From Felis catus (lineage: Eukaryota): DNA of 64,000 nt. The position numbers and the translations under genes are program-made. Position 1 is the first letter of the stretch. Every line of letters begins with the position of its first letter. The notes under the pieces were generated by a model. The model had not been told where the DNA came from and did no database searches. It worked only from the letters and a program-made list of their open reading frames with translations. The DNA is taken from positions 176,888,001-176,952,000 of the forward strand of contig NC_058368.1 in assembly GCF_018350175.1 (NCBI RefSeq). Reading direction: 5' to 3'. Below are positions 50,946 through 62,909 of the stretch, one piece after another.

Positions 50946-52165
50946 TTTTATATATATATATATATATATATGTCTTTAGTTATCCCTTTTTTCCTGAGTA
51001 AATACACCTTCATTATCCCTTAAATATCTGCTGGATCTCTAATGATACCACCTCTTTCATTCTTATGTTGTAATTTTTGTCACCACCTCCCCCACCTTGG
51101 CCATTCTGGCTAGAGGTTTATCAATTTATTGATTTTTTTTTTTTTAAGTCAGGTTTTGCCTTCATGATTTTTCTCTTTTTTTCTGTTTTCAATTTCTTTG
51201 GTTTCTGCTTTTTATTATTTTCTTTCTCAAGGATAGGCACAGGAACCTGGACATGGGAATATATAAGAGTGGATTAGGCATATGCCAAAAAGCCGTACAC
51301 ATATAAATAGAACTCTGAAACTGGAAGTTTGAGTAGCACAGATTTAGCTTCTGAATTATGTGCTTGGTGTAGTATAAACTTAGAGTTCTCTGATTCTTTA
51401 TTATAATCAAACATGGGGAACTTAAACAGTTATGTAAACATAACATTGAGTATCAAGAACTGATCAGAACTGAAGTACCTTAAATATTGAATTCAGGTCT
51501 TAACTGCTTCTCACCGTTTGAGTTTTTACCAAAAAGGTTTTACTGTGAAAATCTTCAAGCATGAAAAAATAGTACGATGAATATCCGTGTACTTCCCATG
51601 TAAATTTAGTAGTTAACATTTTGCTGTATTTACATTTTTCTCTTTTGTGTATATATGTGTATGTGTTTATACAGTCACACACACTCCCCCTTTTAACAGC
51701 TGAATCATTTGAAAGAATTGTCACAACTTTGGGGCACCTGGGTGGCTCAGTTGGTTGAGAATCCAACTATTGATTTCTGCAGGTCATGATCCTGTGGTCA
51801 TGGGATGGAGCCCCATGTTGGGCTCTGCACTGAGCATGGAGCCTGCTTGGGATTCTCTCTTCCCTTCTCTCTCTGCCCCTCTCCTCTCTCTCTCTCTCTC
51901 TCTCTCTCAAAATAAATAAACTTTAAAAAAAAATCTACTCGGGGCGCCTGGGTGGCTCAGTCGGTTGGGCGTCCAACTTTGCTCAGGTCATGATCTCACG
52001 GTCCATGGGTTCGAGCCCCGTGTCGGGCTCTGGGCTGACAGCTCAGAGCCTGGAGCCTGTTTTGGATTCTGTGTCTCCCTCTTTCTCTGACCCTCCCCTA
52101 TTCATGTTCTCTCTCTCTCTGTCTCAAAAATAAATAAATGTTAAAAAAAAAATTAAAAAAAAAAA
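49562..52165. mobile_element. CAN-SINEs at 49562-49752 +, 49785-49970 -, 50165-50377 -, 50565-50775 -, 51731-51933 + and 51941-52165 +, among L1 debris
   Basis: Canonical heads and tails. Confidence 0.9.
50871..50971. repeat. Duplicated taccctttta + (TA)n microsatellite
   Basis: Two (TA)n runs, each preceded by taccctttta. Confidence 0.95.
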
Positions 52166-53900
52166 TCTCATCTAGCTTCAGGAAGGTTTTTTTTTTTTAA
52201 ATTATTTTCATTGGAGACATGTTAAATGTAGATAACTTGGGAAGAATTGACATCTTCATAATGTTAACATCCAAGTATAAGAGATGTCTTCATTTTGTTC
52301 AAGTCTAGTCTACTTAGGGGTCTTTCAGGAGTTTAAAAAATGCATCCCGATAACAGGTGTTGCATTCAAAATATTTTGTCTTTTCTATTACTGTTATAAA
52401 TGGGACCATTTCTTCCATTATCTCTTCTAGCTGGGTATTTTATGTATATAAGGCTTATATTTTATATCCCATTATCATATTGATTTTTTCTTATTTAATT
52501 TTAGCACTGATTTTCTTGTATTTTCCAATCATACTGCAATTAGAGATGGTTTTACTTCTTCCCTTCTGGTTATTATGCTTTTGATTGCTTTGTTCTGATT
52601 GCGCTAACACTTTCAAAACAATGTTAAATAGTTGTGGAGATGATGGGCATCCTTGACTTATGTGTGCTTCCCCTCCCTTGGATTACCCATAAATTAATAG
52701 AAGTAAAAGTCCCTGGATTCCAAAGACTGTAATTCTAGATAAAGCTATTCCCCCCTACCCAGTAGACTCCTCTGAAAATTGCACTTATTACTTTAGAAGG
52801 TACAGTGGGCTTCTGTTAAGCGACCATTTTCTTAGTTCCAATTTTATGTAATTTTAGCTTTCCAAATAAAGTTGGGGCTTTCCGTGTACATTTGTGGGAT
52901 TTAATGTATGCTTTTGTAACATTTTTATTAAGACTCGCCCATTAAGAAAAGTCCTTTGGCATACTTTGTTCTAAGTTGGCATTCCTGTTGCCTGTTTGTA
53001 TGCTCAGGCCATTGGTAAGTGGATTTATACTCTGAAAAACAGGCCAGGAAGTCATTATATTTACTTTCCCCCCCTCCCCATCAATAAAGCTAGCTCAGAC
53101 AACATTAGAAATTATATGTATGTCTTTAAAATTATATCTTATATTGTATCTATAAAATTAACTGCTTAATTTCTATAAACTGTAGGATGGAAGCATGGTC
53201 AAAGTTCTTGTTTCTATTTTTTATAAAATAGCATTAAAAATGGTATATTTAACTTACGTAGATAAGTACGTATACATGTGATCTTTAGTGCCTAATCAGC
53301 TATAGACGCTGAGTACTTATAAGTTGAAGCTGACAGACCAGAAAACTGCATTAGCTTCTCCTTTATTATAGAATTCCTCTTTGGTGAGCGTGTTATCTCC
53401 AAAGAAATGAATTAGGTTGGGGATTTGGTGCTGCTCAGTTAACTTTTTCTTTCTCCAGAGATATTCCATGGTCCTAAAATAAGTCTGTGAAAGATGGATC
53501 ACTAGAAAAACGACTCAACACATGCTTTATTTTAAATGAAGCTTGTAATTGATTTGGTATGTAAAACAAAATACATTTCTCAGCCCAAGTGAGACATGGA
53601 GTGCTATAATGGAAAGAGAGCTCTGGACTTTGAATCTAGTCATCTGGGTTCTAGTTCTGGCTCTTTTTGATCTTGAGCAAGTTGTTTAACCTCCTTAGGT
53701 CTTATTTCCCTTCCTGTCAAATAGTAAGGTTGGCTGGTACCATCTAAGGTCTCTTCCACATCTAGATTCTCAGATATTAGAGAACTTATGAGTATGGTTT
53801 TGACAGTTGGCCATGTTGATGCTCTTAGTTTAAGCATTTTAATCCCCATATCCTTATTTTTATTTTGACAGTTGCTTTAGGTAAAGGGAATGTATGTTGG

Positions 53901-53902
<2 letters not shown>

Positions 53903-53940
<38 letters not shown>
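53903..53940. repeat. (GT)n microsatellite
   Basis: Seen directly. Confidence 0.95.
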
Positions 53941-53943
<3 letters not shown>

Positions 53944-54767
53944 TGTAGTGTGTTCTAAATTTACATGAGAATAAAATACGAGTATCCTTTTAGGCTAGCA
54001 CCATCTGTTGTGGAAGAGTTCTGTAGGATCTATTCTTAACTCTTGGGAGTAACAAAAATTTCCCTTTAGTTTTCATGATCTTCAGACTCAATCTAAATAT
54101 AGGAACATTATCCCAATCCTATTCCTTGCTGCTTTCAAGTTTTTAGAATTCTGTTAAACAACATTTTGTCCTTTGATGGTGATCTCTTTAAATATTCAGT
54201 CTTTTCCCTTGGGCTGTTGTGTTAGCAAAACTGATGCTCTAGTTTTCAGTCTGTTAAAGCTATTATTACTTGAGTCATATCTTGATGTTTACCTTATACA
54301 TTATGGCTTCTCCTTTATTCATTTGAAGAGTCTCAGTATTAAATCAGGAAACCAAGAGGGAGGAAAACCAAAAGAGAGGAACCAAAAGCAGGAAAATAAC
54401 TATCAACATACTTCATTTTGGAGATCATTGTTTTTTATCAAAATGTCAAAGTGAATTTTGTGCAAAATTCATTCAATTGTGTAAAACTAAATATTTAAGA
54501 TTATGTTGCTATTTGGATCTGAGAAGCAGACCTTTCTTGGGTTTTCTGCATGTTAGATCTATTTGTCAGAGTGGGAAGAAGTGTTGAATAGTTATAAGGA
54601 AAGATAAGATAAGTAGATGAGTGTGATTAAGAGGCTTCCCCCGGGCGTCTGATTTCTGCTCAGGTCACGATCTCACTGTTCATGGGTTTGAGCCCTGGTT
54701 CAGGCTCTGTGCTGACAGCTTAGAGCCTGGAGCCTGCTTTGGATTATGTGTCTCCCTCCCTCCCTCC

Positions 54768-54803
<36 letters not shown>

Positions 54804-56492
54804 ATCTCTCTCAAAATAAACATTAAAAACATTTTTTTTTAAAGAGGCTTCTCAGAAGGTGAGTTTTTGGCGAAGTTTTAAAAAGTAACTGTGGATTGAT
54901 GAGGGAAAGAAGTGTATTTTCTGAAATAATAAAATTAGATTTCTTCATTAATCTTTTGTTGTATGTTAAACCATGGAATAAACTTAATGTGGTTGATTGC
55001 CTGCAATTTAAATCAGAAATTTAGGGAATAAGAACTGTGTCCTGTCTTTAAATTCATTGTTAGAGCATAATACTGTACTTAGTCCCAGATACATGAATGA
55101 TAATGAGCATCTCTCTCGGTATCAGGAGTCAGACTGATGTGTGAAACAGGTAAATCTGAAAGTTTCAGAGCATAAGATGTAATCTAATTAAGTATACATA
55201 GTTTACATCTTTTCCTTCATAATTGAAAATGGTTGACTTGGTTCAAAAAAAAAACGTAGCTTCTTAGCTGCGAGACTCATTTCTGTGTCCAGGTATTTTC
55301 AGAAATAAAGGTTTATAGTATTGGCTAAAATCATAGCACATTTGATGACCAATTCCTAAAAAAAACACTCCGATGAACACATAGGAAGAGCATGACAGTC
55401 ATAGAACATTTCTTTTCAAAATTAAGGGAGGTATTTGATGTCAAATTCTCAGAATGTCAGGTTCTATTCAGAAGGTATGAAGAGAAAAAAGACTTAGCCT
55501 GTGTATTTTTGCAAAAATGTCTTAAGGTTTTTTATTTTATATAGCCGTCCCAAATTTATTTTTACTTAGCAAATACTTATTTGTAGTTTATTATATACTA
55601 ATGATTTTTATTAGTGCTTTACAGATATTAAAATCCTCATAAAACCCTAAATATTTTCATGTTTTCATAAGAGCATAGTTTAAATGCTAAATTATGCTAA
55701 ATATTAATTGCTAAATATCCATTTTTTCTCCAGTTTATTTAACAAAGGTAAGTTAGGCAACAAACTGCATTTAGTTTAAAATGATGAAGCTTTTAACCTC
55801 ATATTTTTTAGTGAAAAATCACTGCTCGATGGTTGCACTAAAATAATATGTTGTAAAGGCTTAAGTATTTTAATAATGGACATTTAATAGAAAGACATTC
55901 TTTATTACGTATGTTTGTGATACGGAGAAAAACAGAGACCTAGACAGAGAAAAGGAGGCTTACTTGATGTCACAAGCATTTATTTTGTCTTACTTGCTTT
56001 TACATAAAGCAATTACTTTGGAACTTTACAGCATATAGATTTGACATGGATTTGGAATGATTATCCTTAAGAAGCATAATGCATCACGTTTTTTTTATGG
56101 GAGTTCTTAAAACTTCTCTATGTGGAGGGAGGTAAAATCTACCTCATGTTTGTAGGGGAGGGGCTTTTACTTTTTCCAAAGTATTTTCTACCTTTATTGT
56201 TTTTCTTTTTGGTCCCTCTGAGGGCCTCTTTAGGTTTCTTGGGTGTAGGTACTGAGATTGTTCAGGTTTTGTTGTTTCTGCCTTTGCTTTGCAATTCTCT
56301 CACAATAACAGAATTACAACTAGTTATCTCTCTGATATGTTTGATATATGTGAGGCTAGACAGTTCTCTGGAACTACTCAGGAAGACTCAAAACTTTATT
56401 CAAATGGGTATCTTATTTGATTATTGAATAGATAACTTTGAATAATAGATACTAATTTGAAGGTTGAATACCTATTCAAATAAGCATTTACC

Positions 56493-56831
56493 AGGGTGCC
56501 TGGGTGGCTCATCCACTGAGTTTCTCTTTTTGTTGTTGTTGTTAGTTTTATTTATTTATTTTGAGAGAGCACATGAGCAGGGAGGGACAGAGAGAGAAAC
56601 CCAAACAGGCTCCATGCTCTCAACACAGAGTCCAATATGAGGCTTGAACTCATGAACCATGAGATCACAATCAGAGCCCAGCTGAAATCAAGAGTTGGAC
56701 ACTTAACTGATTCAGCCACCCAGGTGCCCAAGCATCTGACTCTTGATCTCAGCTCAGGTCTTGATCTCAGGGTCCTGAGTTCAAGCCCTACTTTGGGCTC
56801 CATGCTGGGAATGAAGACTACTTACAAAAAA
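56493..56831. mobile_element. Nested SINEs: a minus-strand copy (~56525-56729) inside the head of a plus-strand short SINE
   Basis: The plus-strand head gggtgcctgggtggctca (56494) resumes as agcatctgactcttgatctcagctcagg after the inserted copy. Confidence 0.85.
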
Positions 56832-58353
56832 GGGGGGGTGGGCGGTATTTACCTATTGTATCCTGCCCTCTACTGTCTGTTCAGTAAACTAATACTGAGT
56901 GTTGTCCCTAAGTTATTTCTGACTTTAAAGGCTAATACAGCAGAAAATAAATTTTGCCTTTCATTTTACCTTTTGGTAGAACCAGTAGATTGCGATTATC
57001 TGACATATTGTGAACACCTTTTAGAGAATAATGCTCTGTATACATTTATTATTTGGAAGATGCAAGGGAAAATCTTTAGTATAGATTGTGTTTCTCACAT
57101 TTGAATTAAACCAGATACACACACCTATAGTGTTACCCTTAGTGGACGTTCAGTAAATACCTGTTAAATAAAGAGACTTGGATTCTATTTCTAGCTTTGC
57201 TACTAAATAGACAGTTTTCCTACTCTGCTGTTCATACCCTTTTAGAACTCAACTGGTTGGCATTTTACTAGGATAAGTTACAGAGCCAAAAAGTACAAGG
57301 AGTCAAAACACTGAATGTTTTAAGAGAAAACAGCTGGCAGTGACATGATGTGCTGTTCTGAAGGTAGAAGATGAGATCTCGTGTTTGCTGCCTTGAGACA
57401 AAATGGCCAGTTTGGGGGGAGAGAGCATGGTTTAATCCAAGTGTCAAACCAGACACATTTGGCAGTATTAGTTCTGTCATCAGGAACATAGCTTGGTATA
57501 GGGTATAGAGATTGCCCAGGGACTGGAGTTATGAATAGCTCAGATTTATTTGGCTCTGGGCCAGTAAGGGAGTGGTTAATTTCATGGCCTCTTTAGAACC
57601 ATTTTGAGAATCATTTCTTTTAAATTAGTATTCTTTCTGCTCTTAAATATAGAACATTGAATTTTGATGTACACCCTCTCCTTCCCACCACTGTGTCATT
57701 TACTTTCCACCCACTCTTACCCAAGACTCCATCAAGCTTCAGTTTTCTTTTTACTTATTTTTCCATCTGTCAAACTATTTCTTACCTATGGCTCCATATA
57801 AGATTAAGAATGGCTCTGTATGTCAGTGTGAGATCAGTGATCCTAGGCCAGGTAAGTGTCTGGGTGCAAAAAACTTACATCACACTTGTTCTAGCTCTAC
57901 TACTATGTGACGTTCTCTAAGGAGCTATGATGCCTTTTACAGCAACAGAGGAGTGGACTCTTGCCCTCTTTTTTCTGCTCCTTGTAGTCAGGAGTTTCTC
58001 CCTTGGTTCATTATCAAGGATCACCTGTTCAGTCCTATTTTCTCCAAAGAGTGAAGCCCTGATTTCTGACCTTCTCCCTCACTACTTTCAAAATAAGCTC
58101 CTGTATAGGTTTCAGAGAAAAGTATTTACACTTTCTTGACTGAAGTGCAGGGGATGCTCCTATGATTAGGTTTCTTCATATGGAGCCGGTGGTTTGACTG
58201 TTCTTTGGACACCACAAAACAGTCTTTCCCTTCTTGGGGATTTCTCAGTTCCTACTTTCTGGCTTCATATGTCCAGAGTCCTGAGAGTCCAGCTAATGTT
58301 GCTACTTCATTTTTCCTAATATCTTACCTCTCTTTATGTCATCCTTTGACTTT

Positions 58354-58574
58354 AAAAAAAATTTTTTTTTAACGTTTATTTATTTATTTGGGACAGAGAG
58401 AGACAGAGCATGAACGGGGCAGGGGCAGAGAGAGAGGGAGACACAGAATCGGAAACAGGCTCCAGGCTCTGAGCCATCAGCCCAGAGCCCGACGCGGGGC
58501 TCAAACTCCCGGACCGCGAGATCGTGACCTGGCTGAAGTCGGACGCTTAACCGACTGCGCCACCCAGGCGCCCC
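58354..58574 (-). mobile_element. Very young SINEC_Fc-type insertion
   Basis: CpG-rich and consensus-like, with perfect TSD catcctttgacttt (58340-58353 and 58574-58587). Confidence 0.96.
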
Positions 58575-58771
58575 ATCCTTTGACTTTTTAAAATACTGCC
58601 GTTACTGTTTGATGAAACCCTTATTGCTATTTTTCTGGGTAATTTTTAAAGTCATCCTGGGGAGAAGGCATAACTGAGTTGAAAAGAATTACTAACTTGT
58701 CAATGGACATTTTGGATAGAACCTTCTAATGTCCTCATTTGCTCTTGGAGTTCTAAAATAGGGAAATTTCA

Positions 58772-59220
58772 GGGGCCCCTGGGTGGCTCAGTCGGTTAGG
58801 CGTCCAACTTCGGCTCAGGTCCTGATCTTGCGGTTCACGAGTTTGAGCCCTGTGTCGGGCTGTATGCTGACAGCTCAGAGCCTAGAGCCTGCTTCGGATT
58901 CCGTGTCTCCCGTTTGCTCTCTGCCCCTCCCCCACTCAAGCTCCGCCTGTCTCTGTCTCTCAAAAATAAATAAAAAACATTTAAAAATTTTTAAATAGGG
59001 AGATTTCAGAATGCAAGAATTAACTAGTAGGCGGGGCACCTGGGTGGCTCATTTGGTTATTGATAGCAGCTCAGGTCTTGATCTCATGGTTTCAGGAGTT
59101 CAGTCTGTGTCAGGCTCTGCCCTGACTGCTCAGAACCTGCTTGAGATTCTCTCACTCTCTGCCCGTCCCCACTCACGCTCTGTTTTTCTCAAAATAAATG
59201 AATAAACTAAAAAAAAAAGA
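58772..59220 (+). mobile_element. Two plus-strand CAN-SINEs just upstream of exon 2 (58772-58990, 59032-59220)
   Basis: TSDs aaataggga(a/g)atttca and actagtaggc. Confidence 0.93.
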
Positions 59221-59341
59221 ATGACTAGTAGGCAAACTTGTAGCTATAATTTTGATGAATCAAAGAGAACTGACCAGATCACTTTTAATACACTGTTTAT
59301 AAATTTTGGTTTTCATTTCAGCTTTTTATTTTTCTTCTCAG

Positions 59342-59578
59342 TCGCTTTAGGTCGTAACCAGCCTTTGAAAAAGGAGAAACCCAAATGGAAAAGTGATTAT
59401 CCCATGACAGATGGACAACTGCGCAGCAAGAGGGATGAATTTTGGGATACTGCACCAGCTTTTGAAGGCCGTAAAGAGATTTGGGATGCCTTGAAGGCTG
59501 CAGCACATGCTTTTGAGAGCAATGATCATGAACTGGCACAAGCAATCATTGATGGTGCAAACATAACATTACCACATG
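59342..59578 (+). CDS. UBTD2: UBTD2 coding exon 2 (237 nt, phase 1-1): [79 protein letters not shown](G), the DC-UbP/UBTD N-terminal ubiquitin-binding domain
   Basis: Acceptor ttttatttttcttctcAG at 59340-59341 and donor ATG|GTAGGT at 59579. The peptide is recognisable as UBTD2; [18 protein letters not shown] distinguishes it from UBTD1. Lies within track ORF 59221..59616. Confidence 0.97.
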
Positions 59579-59750
59579 GTAGGTTTGGTGGTCCTCAGGG
59601 ACAAAGGGGAACATAATCATCTCCTTTCTAATAACAAGAAACCAAATGGGAAGTGTTCATTTTACTTGCTGTGCATGATTCTCCTCCCTGCACACCCCCC
59701 CCCCCCACCATCAAAGAGGAACATTTGTCTTTGCTTCTTTGTGGATTTAC

Positions 59751-59752
<2 letters not shown>

Positions 59753-59791
<39 letters not shown>
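59753..59791. repeat. (TG)n microsatellite ~175 nt downstream of exon 2
   Basis: Seen directly. Confidence 0.95.
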
Positions 59792-59793
<2 letters not shown>

Positions 59794-60115
59794 TTTTTTT
59801 TTAAGTAAGCTGTGCCCAACATAAGGCCTTGAACCCATGACCCTGACATCAAGAGTCGCATGGTCCACTGACTGAGCCAGCTAGGTGCCCCAATATATGT
59901 ATTTTTTAATATCTAAATATCTTGGGTATGCCTGGGTGGCTTAGTTGGTTGAGCATCCAACTCTATTTTGGCTCAGGTCATGGTCCCAGGGTTGCGGGAT
60001 CAAGCCCTGCATGGGGCTCTGCACTGAGCACGGAGCCTGCTTGGGATTCTCTCTCCCTCTCTCCCTTTGCCCCTCTCCCCCACTTGTGTGCTTTCTCTTG
60101 CAAATAAATAAAAAT
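59790..60115. mobile_element. Head-to-head SINE pair (59790-59891 -, 59923-60115 +)
   Basis: SINE heads face each other across ~30 bp. Confidence 0.88.
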
Positions 60116-60914
60116 GAAAGATTTAATATTTTTAATCTCATGAAAGAGAATGCTTAATAACCTGTATTTTCTAACTTACGTCCTCAGAAACTTCCTTGCT
60201 CTTCATCAAGGACCCTCCACCCCCTACCCCAATCTTTTAGAGCTTCTACTTTATTCCTTTCCTATGAGCACTAGAGAAGTAGTCTCAAATTTAGATCTCA
60301 GAAGCCTTAGAGACTCAGTGGATGCTTCTTTAGTCTTTATACTTTCTCATCAAGCCTATTTTTAGCAAAATGAAAAAAACTAAACATAGAAGTCACATAT
60401 TTTGAAGGACAGGTTTCTATGGTTGCAGGCCTGAGCATTATGAAGAACCTTTTTCTTTTGCTTAGGAATGTGACTCTAGGGACCACCATTAGCTTTGAGT
60501 ATTTCCAGGAACACATATCTGCTGGACCCATGCACATCCTCTTGCTTGGTCTCTTTGATTAGAAACACTTCAAAATTTTTCATGGTATGCTGAGCTTTAA
60601 GTGTTAATTTTATACTGTATTTATAAATTTTTCTCTTTAGTTTTTCAAATTAATATTTTTCCAAGTTAGTCCTGTATATAATCACCTGCGTTCTTCTGTA
60701 TCCTTTTCTGTTCATTTATATCTTCATTGTTTCTTTTTCAATATCTCCCTTTTTGTCTACATTTTCAGAACACATGCTTTTCACTGTTTAATCATCTGCT
60801 TTATGTCCTTTGACTCCTTTTCAAATAAAGATATTTTAACTTTAATAAAGATAGTATCCTTCCCAGTTTTCCAAATCTCTGTTAATTTTCTGAACTAACT
60901 GTGCTTCCAAGAAA

Positions 60915-61374
60915 CTTTTTTTTTTTTTAATTTTTTTTTCAACGTTTTTTTATTTATTTTTTGGGACAGAGAGAGACAGAGCATGAACGGGGGAGGGGCA
61001 GAGAGAGAGGGAGACACAGAATCGGAAACAGGCTCCAGGCTCCGAGCCATCAGCCCAGAGCCCGACGCGGGGCTCGAACTCACCGACCGCGAGATCATGA
61101 CCTGGCTGAAGTCGGACGCTTAACCGAATGCACCACCCAGGCGCCCCAAAAACTTTTAAAAATACATATTCCAGGGGCACCTGGATGCCTCAGTCTGTTA
61201 AGTGCCCGACTTTGGCCCAGGTCATGATCTCACGGTTTGTGAATTCGAGCCCCACATTGGGCTCTGCTGTCACCACAGAGCCTGCTTCGGATCCTCTATC
61301 CCTGCCCCCTGCCTCTCTCTCTACCCCTTCCCCACTCATGTGTGCATATTCTCTCTCCCTCTCTCTCTCTCCCT

Positions 61375-61414
<40 letters not shown>

Positions 61415-61640
61415 AATAATAAATTTAGGGGCGCCTGGGTGGCTTGGTAGGTTAAGCATCCAACTTCAGCTCAGGTCATGATCTCGTGGTTGGTGAGTTC
61501 GAGCCCCATATCGGGCTGTGTGCTGGCAGCTCAGAGCCTGGAGCCTACTTCAGATTCTGTGTCTCCCTCTCTCTCTGCCCCACTGCTGCTCACACTCTCT
61601 GTCTCTCTAAAAAATAAACATTAAAAAAATTTTTTTTTAA
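60915..61640. mobile_element. SINE cluster: young 60915-61147 (-), 61174-61420 (+), 61428-61640 (+)
   Basis: Canonical heads. The first copy is CpG-rich and nearly identical to 58354-58574. Confidence 0.94.
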
Positions 61641-62909
61641 TAAATTAAAAAAAATTTTTTAATAAATTAAAAAAAATTTTAAATACATATTCCATAGCTG
61701 TCCTGTTCTTCATTATGAAAGCTTATTAGCATAGGCTTGTGTTAATAACATTTATTGAGCACCTACTATATATAGATCACTTTTTCTGCACAGATGGAAA
61801 AATTATCCTTCCTACATTTAAAAAATGTTTAATTGAATGTCATTTCAGTGTGACTCTTTAGTCCTGATTTTCATGAATACCCTCTAAATTCTTTACCTCT
61901 TATAATAATTGGGGTGGTGGACATCATCTTGCTCTGTTACCTCTTTCAGTTCTATGTCTTGTCTTCAGATACTAACTTTATGGGCACCTGGGTGGCTCAG
62001 TTGGGTAAGCATCTGACTCTTGAACTCAGCTTAGGTCTTAATGTACAGTTTGTGAGTTGAAGTCCTGTGTTGGGCTCTGTGCTGGGCGTGAAGCCTACTT
62101 AAAAAAAAAAAAAAAAGCAAGCTAGCTTTATATAAAGGAAAGAGTCTTCCTTTATAATTACTTTTTACATTCCTTCTGTTTTTAATACTTATAGCCTATA
62201 TTTTTAGAGCAGTATTTATTTATTGTTTGCATAGGTTTGCAAGTTGGGAGTAGGGGATTCGGGGTGGGAAAGAATAATTGTTTATCTGTGATTGCCTTAA
62301 TGTAGAATAAGCCTGAGACCCAGAATCTTAGAACTTTGACTTCCCTTACTTTGTACTTATCATAGTTATCTATAGGAATATCTGATTGTGTTCTATAAAT
62401 TATAGCCTGTTTACAGGTTCATGGAGACAAAGTAGCTCTGTTTTATGTAAGGCAAGAGCCTATGCATTATTTTATTGGATATGGGCTCAGATCTCTTTGC
62501 TTATTCTCTGCTTTAGTATGAAGGAATCAAACTGATGTTTGATCTTTCCTTGTTCAAATGTCTAAAATAACTTTCTGGGTATTACTGACATTGGTACCCT
62601 TGACTGAATTTCCTTGTTCATATCTGAAACTTAACGGTGTTTCTTGGGTGGACTTTTGAATTGTGTTCTGTCGTGTGCTCTAACTCACCATTAGTTTATA
62701 ACTTAGCTATTTAGCTACATGATTTTACCTAGAAGTACTCAGTGGTGTTGCTAAAATTTAAGTTTAAGTGTTCTCATTTGTAAAATATGGATTATAACTA
62801 CCTACCTCATAGGGTGGTTGTGTTGATTAAATGTGATAATAACACATATAAATTACTTACCATAGTCCAGAAAACATTTGATAAATAGTAGTGCTAATGG
62901 TTGTACTTC

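Larger units (their letters stand above)
18080..59341 (+). other. UBTD2: UBTD2 intron 1 (41,262 bp, GT-AG)
   Basis: Bounded by GTAGGT and TCAG, and the flanking exons join in frame. Confidence 0.93.

Noticed and set aside
54452..54471. Hairpin TGAATTTTG-TG-CAAAATTCA
   Set aside because: Short AT-rich inverted repeat, compatible with chance and too short for a pre-miRNA.
56395..56482. Cluster of ttgaata/tattcaa inverted words
   Set aside because: Low complexity, with no clear TIR/TSD or long stem that I can establish.
59221..59616. 131-aa ORF as a standalone gene
   Set aside because: It is UBTD2 exon 2 plus read-through into flanking intron. The ATG at 59221 lies in a SINE TSD.
2338..61481. 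Recurrent 'MAQSVKRPTSAQVMISR...' ORFs that look like a repeated small-protein family or array
   Set aside because: They are translations of CAN-SINE bodies from GTG/ATG codons: dispersed retroposons with TSDs, not genes and not a CRISPR-like array.
2327..62116. tRNA genes
   Set aside because: All tRNA-like A/B-box sequences are SINE heads followed by CT tracts and A tails. No standalone cloverleaf was seen.
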